This document shows positions 1 through 12,069 of a stretch of DNA of 64,000 bases, piece after piece. A program made the translations under genes and the position numbers. The notes under the pieces are model-generated. The model was not told the DNA's origin. It searched no databases and worked only from the letters and a program-made list of their open reading frames with translations. This DNA comes from Azolla caroliniana (lineage: Eukaryota > Plantae > Polypodiophyta): the NCBI GenBank assembly GCA_043228905.1, contig JBHGNT010000016.1, positions 15,562,001 to 15,626,000 on the forward strand. Reading direction: 5' to 3'. Within the stretch, counting starts at the first letter, position 1; every line of letters begins with the position of its first letter.

Positions 1-2
1 CC

Positions 3-1370
3 GCCGGCTTCGTCCCGTCGTGGCCCGGACCGGGTCTCGTATCGTTGTGAGGGCCCGGTCGTCCCGGGTTTCCCCACCCGCTTCTCTTCTACCAGAGCCT
101 CGTAGTTCTGGCAAGCGGCTTCCACGAAGCCCGTCCTTTCCTCGACCGGGTCGCTCCACCCGGTTATCTCCCGTACCCGTTTCTCCGCGCGGTCCGATTC
201 CTCCCCTTTAAGCCTTGCTCCGGCAAGACCTCCCAGCATCGTCGGCCAGAATCCGGCTTTGCTTTCTCTTCGGGCCTCGCCGCCCCCGACTCGAATGCCG
301 GCCGACGCCGAGTAGTGGACGGTTTCCGCGTGTCGGGCCGCCGCCTCTTCCATCACCCTTTTCATACCACCTCGCCCGTCGTTTCGGCTTAGGGCCCTTC
401 GGGTGTCGCTGGCATGCACCCGCCCTTCCCACAGGTACACCACCCCGTCCCTTAGCGCCTCCGCGAAGTCGCCGCAGTCCTTCCGAATGTGGCCGACTTC
501 ATCGCACCACATGCACCTGTTTCCTGCCGCCGGCCGTCGGTCACGAGCCGGTTCGCCACCTTCCCTTCGGGCTTGCGCGATTTGGAGGTCCTTTACCGCC
601 CTCGTCAATTCCTCCAGCGCCGCTCCTCCGGTTGAGCCTCTGACTACGCCGGTCGAAGCCGAACCGGTTTCCAACCGCTCTCCGGTCTCTTCCTTTCGCA
701 CCTGTGGCGCTGGTTCGAACTTCCTTGCTACGACCGAGCCCGACCCGGTTACCCCGTTATCCGCCCATTCTCGCCGTTTGTCGAAACGGCCACAGACTTT
801 CTTGACAGCCGCCCAGTCGGTAGTGAGCCCGTCTTCGGTTTCCAGCAAGAGGCCCACTTGCTCCCGATCCCGGTCGTCGACCGACTTGACAAACAGCAAG
901 ACCCGGCTCGTGTCCAGGATGGTTCGGTCGAGCGCCGAAAGGCGCGCAAAGTTTTCCTCGAACTCCCGGAGGAGTGCCGACGCGTTTCTTCCCTTCCCCG
1001 GGGACTCCACCCATTCCATGAACCTTCGCTTCGAAAGCCGGAGCGCGTCGTCCAGCCCGTATTTCTCTAGGAGCCGCCCTTCGAACTCCTCCCAGGTACG
1101 GCTCTCCGCCCGCACCTCGAGCACCTCCGCATGGATGCTCGGCATCGCGACTCGGGGAAATCCGGCAAGACGCCTTTCTTCCGGAATGTCCCGCATTAAC
1201 ATTTCTGCACCGTAGGACGCCAGATACTTCGTGGCATCCCTCCCATCGAACCGGCCGATCGTGCCGACGACCGCCTCAATAGCTCTGTCGAGGGCACCGG
1301 TGCCCTCGCGCGCGTTTACAATCCGATCCACGGCCGAAGCCATGGCCTCTGCAAGATCCGACCCCCTCAT
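3..1370 (-). CDS. Retrotransposon Gag (partial, continues beyond window start)
   Basis: ATG at 1370 (MRGSDLAEAMASAVDRIV...GRFDGRDATKYL...TWEEFEGRLLEKYG). An in-frame zinc knuckle CMWCDEVGHIRKDC lies at ~474-515. It is probably missing from the ORF track because no stop falls inside the window. Confidence 0.75.
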   Translation of the reverse strand, partial: MRGSDLAEAMASAVDRIVNAREGTGALDRAIEAVVGTIGRFDGRDATKYLASYGAEMLMRDIPEERRLAGFPRVAMPSIHAEVLEVRAESRTWEEFEGRLLEKYGLDDALRLSKRRFMEWVESPGKGRNASALLREFEENFARLSALDRTILDTSRVLLFVKSVDDRDREQVGLLLETEDGLTTDWAAVKKVCGRFDKRREWADNGVTGSGSVVARKFEPAPQVRKEETGERLETGSASTGVVRGSTGGAALEELTRAVKDLQIAQARREGGEPARDRRPAAGNRCMWCDEVGHIRKDCGDFAEALRDGVVYLWEGRVHASDTRRALSRNDGRGGMKRVMEEAAARHAETVHYSASAGIRVGGGEARRESKAGFWPTMLGGLAGARLKGEESDRAEKRVREITGWSDPVEERTGFVEAACQNYEALVEEKRVGKPGTTGPSQRYETRSGPRRDEAG

Positions 1371-1392
1371 CTTCTGCTCTTCTGCCGCCTCT

Positions 1393-1410
1393 TTCACGTC
1401 GGGTTCACCA
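1393..1410 (-). promoter_or_regulatory. Primer-binding site complementary to tRNA-Trp 3' end
   Basis: The plus strand reads TTCACGTCGGGTTCACCA, matching the recalled 3' end of plant cytosolic tRNA-Trp(CCA) including CCA. It is adjacent to the LTR. Confidence 0.7.
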
Positions 1411-2199
1411 AAGATGTCGAGATATTACGCAAGTGCGTGTGAAAACGAGGCGGGACCGCGGGGGTCTCGAACCAAAGAGCAAGCAAGGGAGGAGAAAGAG
1501 AGAGAACCGGCTACGCAGGACCGGGGATACGCAGGGACACGGCCCTTCAGCACGGAGAACGCGACAGACACCGACACAGACAGATGCGAATGACTAAATG
1601 TGTATATTAACAAAAATGGCTAGCACGACTACAACCCTCGATGGGGCGCAGGTGGGTTACAACCGAACAGGCCGGCGAACAGATGCCGATGCCTGTTCGC
1701 TTCGACGCACAAAAGGGGGGAGCAGGTCGGAGGTGCTGCCGGAAGCACTCAGGCGTTCCTCGAAACAGCGCGAGCCTCCTCGGAAGCCTGCACAGAAAGC
1801 TATGGAGCTCAAGAAGGAAGGAAAACAGAGAGAGAAGCGTCCAGAAACGGTCCGACAGCACTTCGTCCTCTCTGCGCGAGATCCCTGCAACAGCTCTTTC
1901 CTGCTCCTTATATAGGCCGTTGAGCAGGCCTTCGTCTCAGCTTTATTCCCTGTCCCTTTTGACAGGGATCTCCTCCGATCTTCCCGCATCCGCGTAGTTA
2001 CGCCGCCGACTCGTACAGTTCGCGCGCGTGACCGAAAAGACTGTTCGCGCGGTCTTTGTCTCCCCTCGTGTTAGGGCCCGTTCCTGCCGATTATCCTCCT
2101 AATTCGATTCTATGTACAACTTGGAGCGTGCGCGTGTGAAGAACCGGTTCCTACGCCTCGGTGCGCCGATTCCGCTTAGGGACGGTTTTCTTCACGACA

Positions 2200-2850
2200 G
2201 CGTGCCGAAGGTGAATCGGGTTGACGAAACATCTCATGCCGGAGTGAAGGGGGCGTTTATTGGGAATTCAGGTCCCTCCGGATGGGATCTGAATGAGAAC
2301 CGGACGAGACGGATCGGATGAGCCGGATGAGACCCGAAAACCGGATCCAAGGAATCCAGATGGATCTGGTGCAAACCGGATCCAAGGACATATTTGTAAA
2401 TATGTTAGAGTAAGCCCATTGAGGCTTTATTTGTAAATAGCCCTAAAGTCATATGAGTATAAATATGACTTAGGGCAACCACATAGCGTATGAGAAGGTG
2501 GTTATCATTCTTGTAAGTGTGTGTAACCAAGAGAGAGAGAGAGAGAGAGAGAGAGATACAAAGTGATACTCTGGTATCCGCGGGTTGGCGAAGGGACATC
2601 TCAAGGGCATTGCCTCTGAGACCTTCATTCTTGTAACCTCTCTGGGTTCTTCATATAGTGATAGTTAGGAGTCTATGGGCTCTCGTGGTTTTTCCTTGTT
2701 AGGGTTTTCCACGTAAAACACATTGTGTACTGTTGTCTATTGTCTGTGTACATGCATTCTTCTCCTTCTTCCATTTTCTGTGTTTGATTCTCCATAGAGT
2801 GCTTGAAGACTCGGTTGTAGCCGAGCAATATTCCGCGCAATTTCCCATCA
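2200..2850 (+). mobile_element. Ty1/copia 3' end (RNase H tail, PPT) and 3' LTR 2258-2850
   Basis: CATGCCGGAGTGAAGGGGG (end of pol plus PPT) matches the reverse complement at ~53245 and ~56750. The LTR starts (TA)TTGGGAATTC..CCCTCCGGATG like those LTRs, has a TATAAATA box and ends CCATCA. Confidence 0.75.
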
Positions 2851-4975
2851 ATACCAACTCCCGCCAAGACTAACGTCTTGTGCCCCTCCCCATACATCCA
2901 AATGGATTAAGTCGAGCTTGGTACGGCTCTAGTTTCATTCGTTGGGGAATGGAAGCCGGTGTTGCTTCCCGAGTTGGCAGGCTTCACATATTTGAGCCTT
3001 CCGGCCACTGAATTTCGGCAATCCGAAAACAACCTATTTCGATTGCGGGTCTTGAAGCCTCCGGTAGTTGACGTGGTGGCCTATCCACTTGTGCGAGAGA
3101 TCGATGTCTGATTCAATCTTCTATCCTTTGGCAAACAAGGTGGTGCCGATGTCGTTGGTGTCAAGGATGAACATCCTCCCATCTCTGCGCCCTTGCGCAA
3201 TTATCCGCCCTTGTGTAAACCGCACCTGCATTCCTTGGTCGACGATTTGTCCGACCGACACCAAGTTCTTTGTGATTGTCAGAACGTGTAGTACGTTCAT
3301 CAGCTTTCCCTTTTGTCCAACATGGCTTAAGGGGACTTCTCTAACATGCACAATCGAGTGAGGGGTTTCGTCTCCAGTTTCGACGATTCCCAATTGTTCT
3401 AGTTTCTCCAAAAACGAGAACCGTTGTTCATGGCTCGTCATGTGGTTTGGCTCTCCAGAATTAACATACCATACTTCCTTTGATTTAGAAGTAGTCTTCT
3501 TCATGGAGCTAACCTTGTGCTTCATCACAAAGGTTGGCCCCTTTCCGGTTTTCTTGATTCCGGATCCTTTCAATCCTTCTGCGTCGTGCGAGCTTTGCCG
3601 GTTTCCCTGTCCATCCTTGTCGGATCCTGATTTGTCCGAATCGGCGCGCTTCTTCCAGCACTCACTTTCTCTATGGCCTTTCTTGCCACAATACCATCAT
3701 TCCGTGTCAGCCTTCCCTTGCCAGTTTCTAGCGTCGTTTTGACTCCTCCTACTCGTGGAGGGTCCGGAACTATTGTCGGCACTGTCTCAGTGCCTTCGAT
3801 TCTGCTCTTGTCGGCCGCCTCCATTGCGTACCGACCCACCTCATCCTCCACGCCCACAAGGACGGTCCTCCTCCATGTACAACATTCGGTTGTCTGGTTG
3901 GGTGGTCCTCGACCCACTCGTGTGGTTTTCTTCGACCATCAGCATTGTTTGCAGGTCGAAGAAGGACGATGGCTTCTCCCGGGTGGAGATCGCCGTCCGG
4001 ATTGGCCCGTACCATTGTGCTAGACCACCAAGGCAGATTTGTATCGTTTTGTCTTCATCCACCATCACATTACTGGACCCGAGCTGGTAGTCTTGGCGAG
4101 AGATATCTCTCTGTCGGGTGTTGTTCAGCACTTGTCGGAGCTGCAACTTACAGGTTGTGGTACTTGCGGCGAAAATCTTTTGAAGTTTTTCCCAGGCCTC
4201 CTTCGGCATTTTTGCATCCTTGATGTAGCGGAGCATCTGATCATGCACACAAGATGTGAGGCATTACAACACTCTGCTCGCTCCTTGTTCCAATGTCGGG
4301 AAGTCCTTGTGTGCCGGCTCCGGCGCTACATTGTTCGTTCCTTCCACATAGCTCCAGTAACCATGCCCCAGTATGTACTGGTGCATTTTATATGACCAGG
4401 ATACATAGTTGCTCCGGTCGAGCTTTTCTATAGGAAACGAACTTGTCATACCTCTGTCCATCTCGGTTCTCTTCTGTTCTTCACCGGGTGTTAGGGTTTA
4501 TCTTCGGAAGCGTATGTCGGCTGCAGAGGTTCTCAACCCCCGTGCTCTAATACCATGTCAAAGTTAATATGTGGAAACGTATGTCAAACCGGCTCAATCG
4601 GATACCAACAAAACGTTGAGAGAAGGTTTAACAAAGAATGCACGGGAGAGACAGAGAGAGCAGAACATAAAAACTCAAATCAAAATGATAGTACACTCTA
4701 TGTACATAGAATGTGCTCAGAGAGAACTTTTATACAAGTCCATAAAGGACTGACAGAAGTACTGACAGGTACTTCAATGCTCATACAAGCGACTGACACT
4801 GACTCCCAAAACTATGCCTACGTACTAGACTAGATCCGTAGGCCTCTAATGGCCTACCCGTTTCAATCCGATCTGGCTCTCCGATCCGGGTCCTAGTTCC
4901 GGATACCATCCAGACATCGATCCGGCACTAGCTTATTTAGCCGATCCAAATCCGGTTGAGCTTGCTCGCTCAACA
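2851..4975 (-). mobile_element. Degenerate Ty1/copia, 5' half (LTR 4556-4975, PBS, gag-protease-start of integrase)
   Basis: PBS TGGTATTAGAGC (4544-4555), gag IEKLDRSNYVSWSYKM, protease-like WYVNSGEPNHMT, LNVLHV..ITKNLVSVGQI. It has stops and frameshifts. The LTR is homologous to 6727-7177. Confidence 0.85.
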
Positions 4976-5286
4976 GGGACAACCCATTAGGCCAAGTGTG
5001 AACATGCTTGGGGGCCTTAGGTTTGGCTATAAATATGAGGCCTAGCTACCCTCATTTGATCATCTCATGACTAGGTTGAGACTCTGTCCTTGTGGTGGAT
5101 CAACTATGGTAGCAAGCATGCCATTACCAGGTACGACTCGACACCACGACGGTGGTATGGGACGCCGATCGAGGCACGAGTCCGTCTCGATCCCTTCGCT
5201 CGGGGGTGGTCGGGTGGATCAACACCCTTCTTTCTGTCTCTCCTTTCATACCTATTTATGTTTTATATCCTTATCTCATGCTTACA
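4976..5286 (+). mobile_element. 3' portion of another LTR (interrupted by the 2851-4975 element)
   Basis: TATAAATA box at ~5028, pyrimidine-rich U5-like tail ending CTTACA at 5286, directly abutting copia pol sequence. Confidence 0.5.
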
Positions 5287-8200
5287 TTAGGATCTAGCTC
5301 TAATAGCACGTCTCGGCCGAGTCCAAAGATGGACAAAGGGAAGTCCAAAATGCCAAAGTATGAAGACGATCAATCTAACTGCAATGAATCGGCTCACTAA
5401 CTCAACAATGAGTGTGGTGGCTTTGATGTGCCTCTTATGAGGTCACCTAGAGTTAAGAAAGCACTCACATCAGCAAATGAAAAACTTCGACACTCCACCT
5501 GTGAGAAGAATCTCGTTAGTCGATTCGTCTATAACAACCTAAACTACACGGCATACCAATATGCCTTTATGATGAAAGTGGTAGTTGTTCATGAACCAGA
5601 AAGCTTTACCGAAGCTGCTAAAGATCTGTGATGGGTTGAAGCGATGAACGAGGAGATGCAAGCTCTCAATAAGAACGAGACATGGGATCTCTTCTTTCAC
5701 TCACCTCACAAGAAGGCAATCGGCTACAGATGGATATTCAAGATGAAGTATAATGCCAACGGCTCTGTCAATCTCTATAAAGCCTGATTGGTAGCAAAAG
5801 GATACGCACAAACACATGGAGTCGACTACGAAGAGAACTTTACCCTGATGGCAAAAACAATGATTGTTCAAACCGTGATTGCACTCACAGCGAAAAAAGG
5901 GTGGCATCTCCACCAAATGGACTTAAAGAACACCTTACTCCAAGGCAAATTTGAAGAGGATGTGTATATGGTCCAACCACCCGGCTTCGAATCCAACAAC
6001 CATCCGAAAGCAATCGCCCGACTAAAGAAGCCACTCTACGGCCTTAAGCAAGCACCACGTGCTTGGCATTCGAAGATAACACAATATCTTCATCTAATCA
6101 GCTTCAAAATGTCAAAACCTGACAACTCCCTCTATGTAAGACGCGATTCCGAAAGTATGATTTTCATCATCCTATACGTGGATGATCTGGTCACTGGAGG
6201 TGAACATCTAGTCCACAACAACAAGGTCAAGACCCTCCTCTCTAGAAAATTCGAGATGACAGACATGAAAGAGCTCCATTACTTCCTTAGCATTGAAGTA
6301 ATTCGGACTCCAACCAACATTATGATCTCCCAATGGCACTACATCCTCAACTTATTATATAAGTTCAAGATGATTGAGTGTAAGTCTATGGAAACCCCTC
6401 TCCATCGAAACCTATAAAGCTAGCTGGTGACTCCGGCACAGAAGAGTGCAAGCCAACTCAGTATCGACAACTGATTGGAAGCCTCATCTATCTCATGATC
6501 ACTCGACCCGACCTCAGCTATCCGGTCGGCCTCCGTAGCCAATTCATGCAAACTCCACATGATATTTATTTAGATTGTGCTAAGCAATTATTACGATACT
6601 TGAGTGGAACGATGGACTCGAAGGATATACGGATGCCGATTGGGCAAGCTACAAAGCCGACCGACTATTGACCTCAGGATTCATCTTCCCTCTTGGAAGT
6701 GGAGCCATCTCTTGGAGTAGCAAGAATGTTGAACGAGCAAGCTCAACCTGATCCATATCGGCTAAGTAAGCCAGAGCCAAATTGGTATCCGTAAGGAAGA
6801 GCCAAATCGGTGTCTGGATCAGAACGTAGTGTTGGATCGGTGTTTGAAATGGAGTGTAACCGGTCGGCCGTTAGAGGCCTACGTTCCTAGCCTAGTACAT
6901 AGGCATATTTTTGGGAGTCAGTGTTAGTCGCTCGGTACGAGCATTGAAGTACCTATCAATACTTTTGTCAATCCTTTTAAGGACTTGTATAAAAGTGCTC
7001 ACTTAGCACATTGTATGTACAGAGTAATTTTCGAATTTGAGTTTATGTTGTGCTGCTCTCTCTATCTCTCTTGTGTAACCTCTGTGTTTCTTGAAGCTTC
7101 CATTACCTGCACATATCTTTTGTTAATATCTGGTGAAGTCGGTTTTGTCTACGAGCTTCCACACGTAACTCTTTACATGGTATCAGAGCGCAAGGGTTAG
7201 AACATCCTCTACTGCTGACTAGAGCTTTTGAAACAAACGAAAACCTAACTTCCAGAAAAGAACAAGCCGAAGAAAGAATGGACAGAGATATGGCTAGCTC
7301 ACTGCCAATGAAGAAGCTCGACAGAAATAACTACGCATCTTGGTCATGCAAGATGCAATCATACCTGCTCAGACAGGGATACTAGAGCTATGTTGAGGGA
7401 GCAAATGAAGTAGCGCCGAAGCTGGCACACAAAGACTTCCCGGCATGGGAGCAAGGAGCGAGCTGAGTATTATACTACCTCAAGTCATGTGTGCATGACC
7501 AAATTCTCGGCTACATCAAGGATACAAAAGCGCCAAAAGAAGCTTGCGAAAATCTCAAGAAGATATTTGTAGCAAGCACCGCTGCCCAAAAGTTGTAGCT
7601 CTGACAAGAGCTCAATAACATCCGAAAATGGGATATGTCGTTACCGACTATACCACCAAAATAAAGGAGATCTCTGGCACGCTAGGGTCCATCAACATGA
7701 CGGTGGACAAAGATGAAATAGTCTAGATATGCCTCGGTGGTTTAGCACAAAGCTACAGGATCGTCCGAACAATGATTTGCACCCAAGAGAATCCACCGTC
7801 CTTCTTCGACTTGTAATCGATGTTGATGGTCGAAGAAAACCACGCGAGTGGGTCAAGGACCACTCAATCGAACAGCCGGATGTTGTACATGGAGGCGGAT
7901 CAACCCCGTGGATGTCGAGGACGAGGTGGGTCGACACGCAACAGTGGCGGCCGACAAGAGTAGAATCGGAGGCACGGAGATAGTGTTGACAGTAGTTCCG
8001 AACCCTCCAAAAGCGGAGGGAGTCAAGGTAGTGCCGGGAACCGGAAATCGAGAACTGATACAGAATGTTGGTATTGTGGCAAGAAAGGCCACCAAGAAAG
8101 TGAGTGTTGGAAGAAGCGTCCTGATTCAGATAAATCCAGAACCGGCAAGGCCATACAAGGGAATCGGCAGAGTTCACACTACACAGAAGGATCGGAGGGA

Positions 8201-10264
8201 TCCGGAACCGAAAAGACCGGAAAAGGGCCAACCTTCATGATGAAGCACAATGTGAACTCGATGAAGAAGACCACTTCCGAATCAGAGGAAGTGTGGTACG
8301 TTGACTCCACAACGTCGAACCATATGACGAGCCACGAAGAGTGGTTCTCATATTTGGAAAAACCGGAGCAAACAAGAGTTGTTGAAACTGAAGACGACAC
8401 CCCTCACCCGATCGAACATGTCGAAGAAGTCCCCTTAAATCATGTCGGACAAAAAGGGAAGTTGTTGAACGTATTACATGTTCTGACAATTACGAAGAAC
8501 CTAGTGTCGAGCCGACCGAAAGAAGAAGGCCAAGACCCGAACATGATTTGATGTGGTAAAGGGCCTGAAGACAGAGGACGAATAGGAGACAGCCAATTCA
8601 GACAAGAGCCGAAACGAATCAGAGGCCGCCAATTCGGAAGAGGTGTTCGATTCAGAGGAACCGAATCAACAGAAGGCCAAACGGACTAGAAGGCAGCGAT
8701 AGTCGACGCTGACATGGAGGAACCGACGAGTCGAGAAGTGCCGAAGTCACAGCGGCAAAGGAGCTAAGATGGGCCTTATGAGCAGATGAGGCGACCGAGA
8801 AGGTCAAGGTGCACGGAACCGGACGAGTAGCGGAAAGCGGGATCAGACGAGTCAAGGAGAGCGAGCAAGGGGAGAGGATGCTAGGAGGAGCCGGAGGGAA
8901 GGACCGGCAGACACCGACACCACGATCCAACCTCAAGTTGAGCTTGAGGGGGAGTGTTGAGCAAGAAAGCTCAAACTAATCCGGATCAGTGTTTGGATCA
9001 GAACGTAGTGTCGGATCAGTGTCCGGAACGGAGTGTAACCGGTAGGCCGTTAGAGGCCTACGATCCTAGCCTAGTATGTAGGCATTTTTTAGGAGTCAAT
9101 GTCAGTCGCTCGGTACGAGCATTGAGGTACCTGTCAGTACTTTTGTCAATCCTTTTAAGGACTTGCATAAAAAAAAGTGCTCACTTAGCACATTGTATGT
9201 CGAATTTGAGTTTATGTTGGTTTGCGCTCTTTGTCTCTCATGTGTAATCTTTGTGTTTCTTGAAGCTTCCATTAAACATGCACATATCTTCTGTTAGTAT
9301 ACGATGAAGTCGGTTTTGTCTACGAGCTTCCGGACGTAATTCTTTACAAAGAAGCAACCGACCATTGCACTTTCGAGCACAGAGGGAGAATACAGGGGCG
9401 CGGTTGTGGCTGCATGTGAAACTGTTTGGCCAAAGAGAATATTGAAGGATCTAGGCATTCCCATCAAGGATCGGATTCCCCTCTACTATGACAACATGGG
9501 TAGTATTCATCTGGCTCTGAACCCGGTGTTCCACGCGCGCACTATCACTTCATCGAAGTACATTATCACTTCATCCGAGAGCGCGTTTAGGCTGGAGATG
9601 TCGACTTTCAACACATCAGTATGAATCTTCAAACAACCAACATCTTCACCAAAGCCCTAGGAGCCGACAAGTTTCAGCAATTCATGTCAGACCTTGGAGT
9701 AACAATCCCTGACTTGCCAAGCTTGAGGGGAAGTACAAGAGAGAACCAAGTACCAACCGAAGCGGACATCAACTGAAAGAAGTTGACCAAAGTTGCACTT
9801 GAGGGGGCGTGTTGAGAATCAAGCTCAACCTAGGTTGGTGTGTGAACACACCTTTTGAGAATCTATGAGCATTCAACGGTCAAAAGTCACCACTACTTTC
9901 TACACATTAACTACATGTGTCATAGAATCATATTCTATGACATATAAGTAATGAGTTCCATATTCTCCATAACTAATGAGTCTCCACATTCCCTAAGGTT
10001 CTAGAGAGAGTGTGGGTGTTTTAGTGAGAAAGTGACCTTATATAAAGCACCCTCCTCCTACTTTGTAAAGGGTCAATTAATCTCCTTTGTAATGCTTATA
10101 TCGTTGTAATTGTTCTCCACTTCTTCTTAATACATACATCCATCTTGAGTACTTCATTTTCCTATCTATCTATCTTGTGTCTCTCTTCTCTCCTCTTTCA
10201 CACACACACATAACACATCCTTAATCTATATTCCGTTGCATAGAATCACACTCGATTCTTTACA
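5287..10264 (+). mobile_element. Degenerate Ty1/copia RT-RNase H with 3' LTR (9810-10264), interrupted by the 6727-9348 insertion
   Basis: RT motifs LVAKGYAQ, LYGLKQAPRAW and LYVDDL (ORF 5788-6417). RNase H WSSK|KQPTIALSSTEGEY is split by the insertion. PPT TTGAGGGGGCG is followed by an LTR TGTTGAG...TTTACA. Confidence 0.9.
6727..9348 (+). mobile_element. Complete non-autonomous copia (gag-protease only; TR-GAG-like), LTRs 6727-7177 and 8955-9348
   Basis: TG..CA LTR pair, 5-bp TSD AAGAA on both sides, PBS TGGTATCAGAGC (7178-7189) and PPT TTGAGGGGGAG. The interior has gag, a CCHC remnant and protease (WYVDSTTSNHMT) but no INT/RT/RH. Confidence 0.92.
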
Positions 10265-11160
10265 ATAACCATTGTTGGCATCTTCAAATTCCGACAACCT
10301 TTGAGATTAATTATCAACCATATCTCCCAAATGTACAACCCCCAATCGAAATAAATGATGGAATTGAGATCTCAACTTCGATTTTCCATGCCAAAACAAC
10401 ACTCGAGAAGAAACAAGCAATTCATTTTGTAACGAATTACAAAATTCTTGATCACTTGATGGTGCCCACTCAAAAAAAGATAATGCATCTTGCCATTATC
10501 TTAACAATTGTTGTCCGCATATAGAATGTTGAATCTTTAGATTAATACATCCATTGAGTAATGGTCACCACGATGCTTGAATCTTTGTTTTCTCATGCAC
10601 CAATCCTACATACTCAATAAAATATTGCATCATGGATATCCATAGTTGATCTTGTTGACATATATCTCGTAATAATGCAAATCTACAAGCCATCAAATGC
10701 ATTTCTAAATCTAATATTGCTACATGAAATGGTCCCATGAAATCTGTGTAACTCCCTAAACCCTAAACCCTAAACCCACAACATGAACCAAAGTGGTTGC
10801 AACATATTTTGCAATGCCTTCTTAGTCCAAGGAAGTAATGGTAAATATAATAACATGGGTATCAAATACATTGCACCACTTTGAGTCGTACATGAAAGGG
10901 CCATAATTGAGACTTCCAACACATAAAGTTGTCCTTCAATTTACTACCAATCCAATCAATCAATTGAACATTTGCAACATCAACACCCAATGGATAGCCC
11001 AAATGTTGATAAATGGATCCTCGTGTAACCACTGAGCCCCACCATCCCAAACATTCCAAATCACTCTACATACAAGAAATAAGACGAGATTTCCTCCAAT
11101 TTATATGCAACCCTGAAGCCAAGGCAAATTGATCCCCAACTTGCATACTCCTTTCAACCA
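10265..11160 (-). mobile_element. Degenerate LINE (L1-like) ORF2 remnant
   Basis: ORF 10862-11059 reads YQHLGYPLG...KLKDNFMCWKSQLWPFHVRLKVVQCI, typical of the post-RT region of plant L1 ORF2. Boundaries are approximate. Confidence 0.6.
10754..10777. repeat. Short interstitial telomeric repeat (CCCTAAA)3CCC
   Basis: Read directly in the sequence. Confidence 0.85.
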
Positions 11161-11466
11161 ATTTTTACGTTATTGGGAACTACAACACAATTAGAATATG
11201 TGTAATGCTTTCATGTTTGATAGTAAACACGGGGTGAAAGCCTTTATGAAGAAGTTGAAAGGTATTCTTATTTGGAATTTCCTAAATGTTACAGCATGTG
11301 GGGATCATTTCCTCAAATGCATATTCCGGTTTTCTAATGGTATTACGGGATGTCCCTCTCACTACATAAGATAGATGGGTAGAAGAGACTAAGAAGTGTT
11401 GTAACTATGGATTTTACATATAATTAATATAATTGTATGCTTTTATCAAAAAGAGAGAACTTAAAT

Positions 11467-11650
11467 GGATATAGCTTAATTGGTAAGGTTGCCCAATTAA
11501 GACGAAACGGTCATGGGTTCGACCCCTACATTCAATAACGCATCTAGTAAATTAGGAGGATATGTATGGTCTAATAAAGAGGTGAGAAAATTAGAGTTAC
11601 TAGTGTCAAACCCCTTCACTAGGATAGGGTAATTATATGTAGGGGTGAGC
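11467..11650 (+). mobile_element. tRNA-derived SINE or tRNA pseudogene
   Basis: Pol III A-box TAGCTTAATTGG (11472-11483) and B-box GGTTCGACCC (11516-11525) at tRNA spacing. There is no clean cloverleaf or acceptor stem, and the 3' end is approximate. Confidence 0.5.
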
Positions 11651-11986
11651 AAGCTACAATTGATATGTAGTTAGTTTGCAACTTGAAAAATGAAATCTAA
11701 ACAAAACCCAAGTAAAGGTAAGATTGGCCATATCATGTTGATACCTCATCTCTATTTTACTAGCCTCCAATGTTTCCATCCCAAATAAAGGTAAGATTGG
11801 CCATGTGATACCTCATCTCTATTTTGCTATTGTGAGTCTTGAGACAAGCCTCCAATGTTTCAATCATACCTCTTATTTATTTATGGAGAGGGTGTCTCAT
11901 GCTTCTCCTAACTATCTTTGCCATTGATTGTGTGAGTAGAGTTCAATAATGACAAGGTGCCTCATGGCCTATGAATACTTCAACAC

Positions 11987-11987
<1 letters not shown>

Positions 11988-12069
<82 letters not shown>
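11988..12069. repeat. Compound (GT)n(GA)n microsatellite
   Basis: Read directly in the sequence. Confidence 0.95.

Larger units (their letters stand above)
1..2199 (-). mobile_element. Ty3/Gypsy-like LTR retrotransposon, 5' part (5' LTR 1415-2199, PBS 1393-1410, gag running off the window edge)
   Basis: The LTR is bounded by TGTCG (1415) and CGACA (2199). An 18-nt tRNA-3'-end-like PBS lies 4 nt from the LTR, followed by a GC-rich gag ORF on the minus strand. Confidence 0.8.

Noticed and set aside
403-1215. 270-aa plus-strand ORF and neighbouring short GC-rich ORFs
   Set aside because: They are antisense shadows of the minus-strand Gypsy gag, with low-complexity S/R/P translations.
11467-11535. 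Functional tRNA gene
   Set aside because: The A and B boxes are present, but I could not fold an acceptor stem or anticodon arm.
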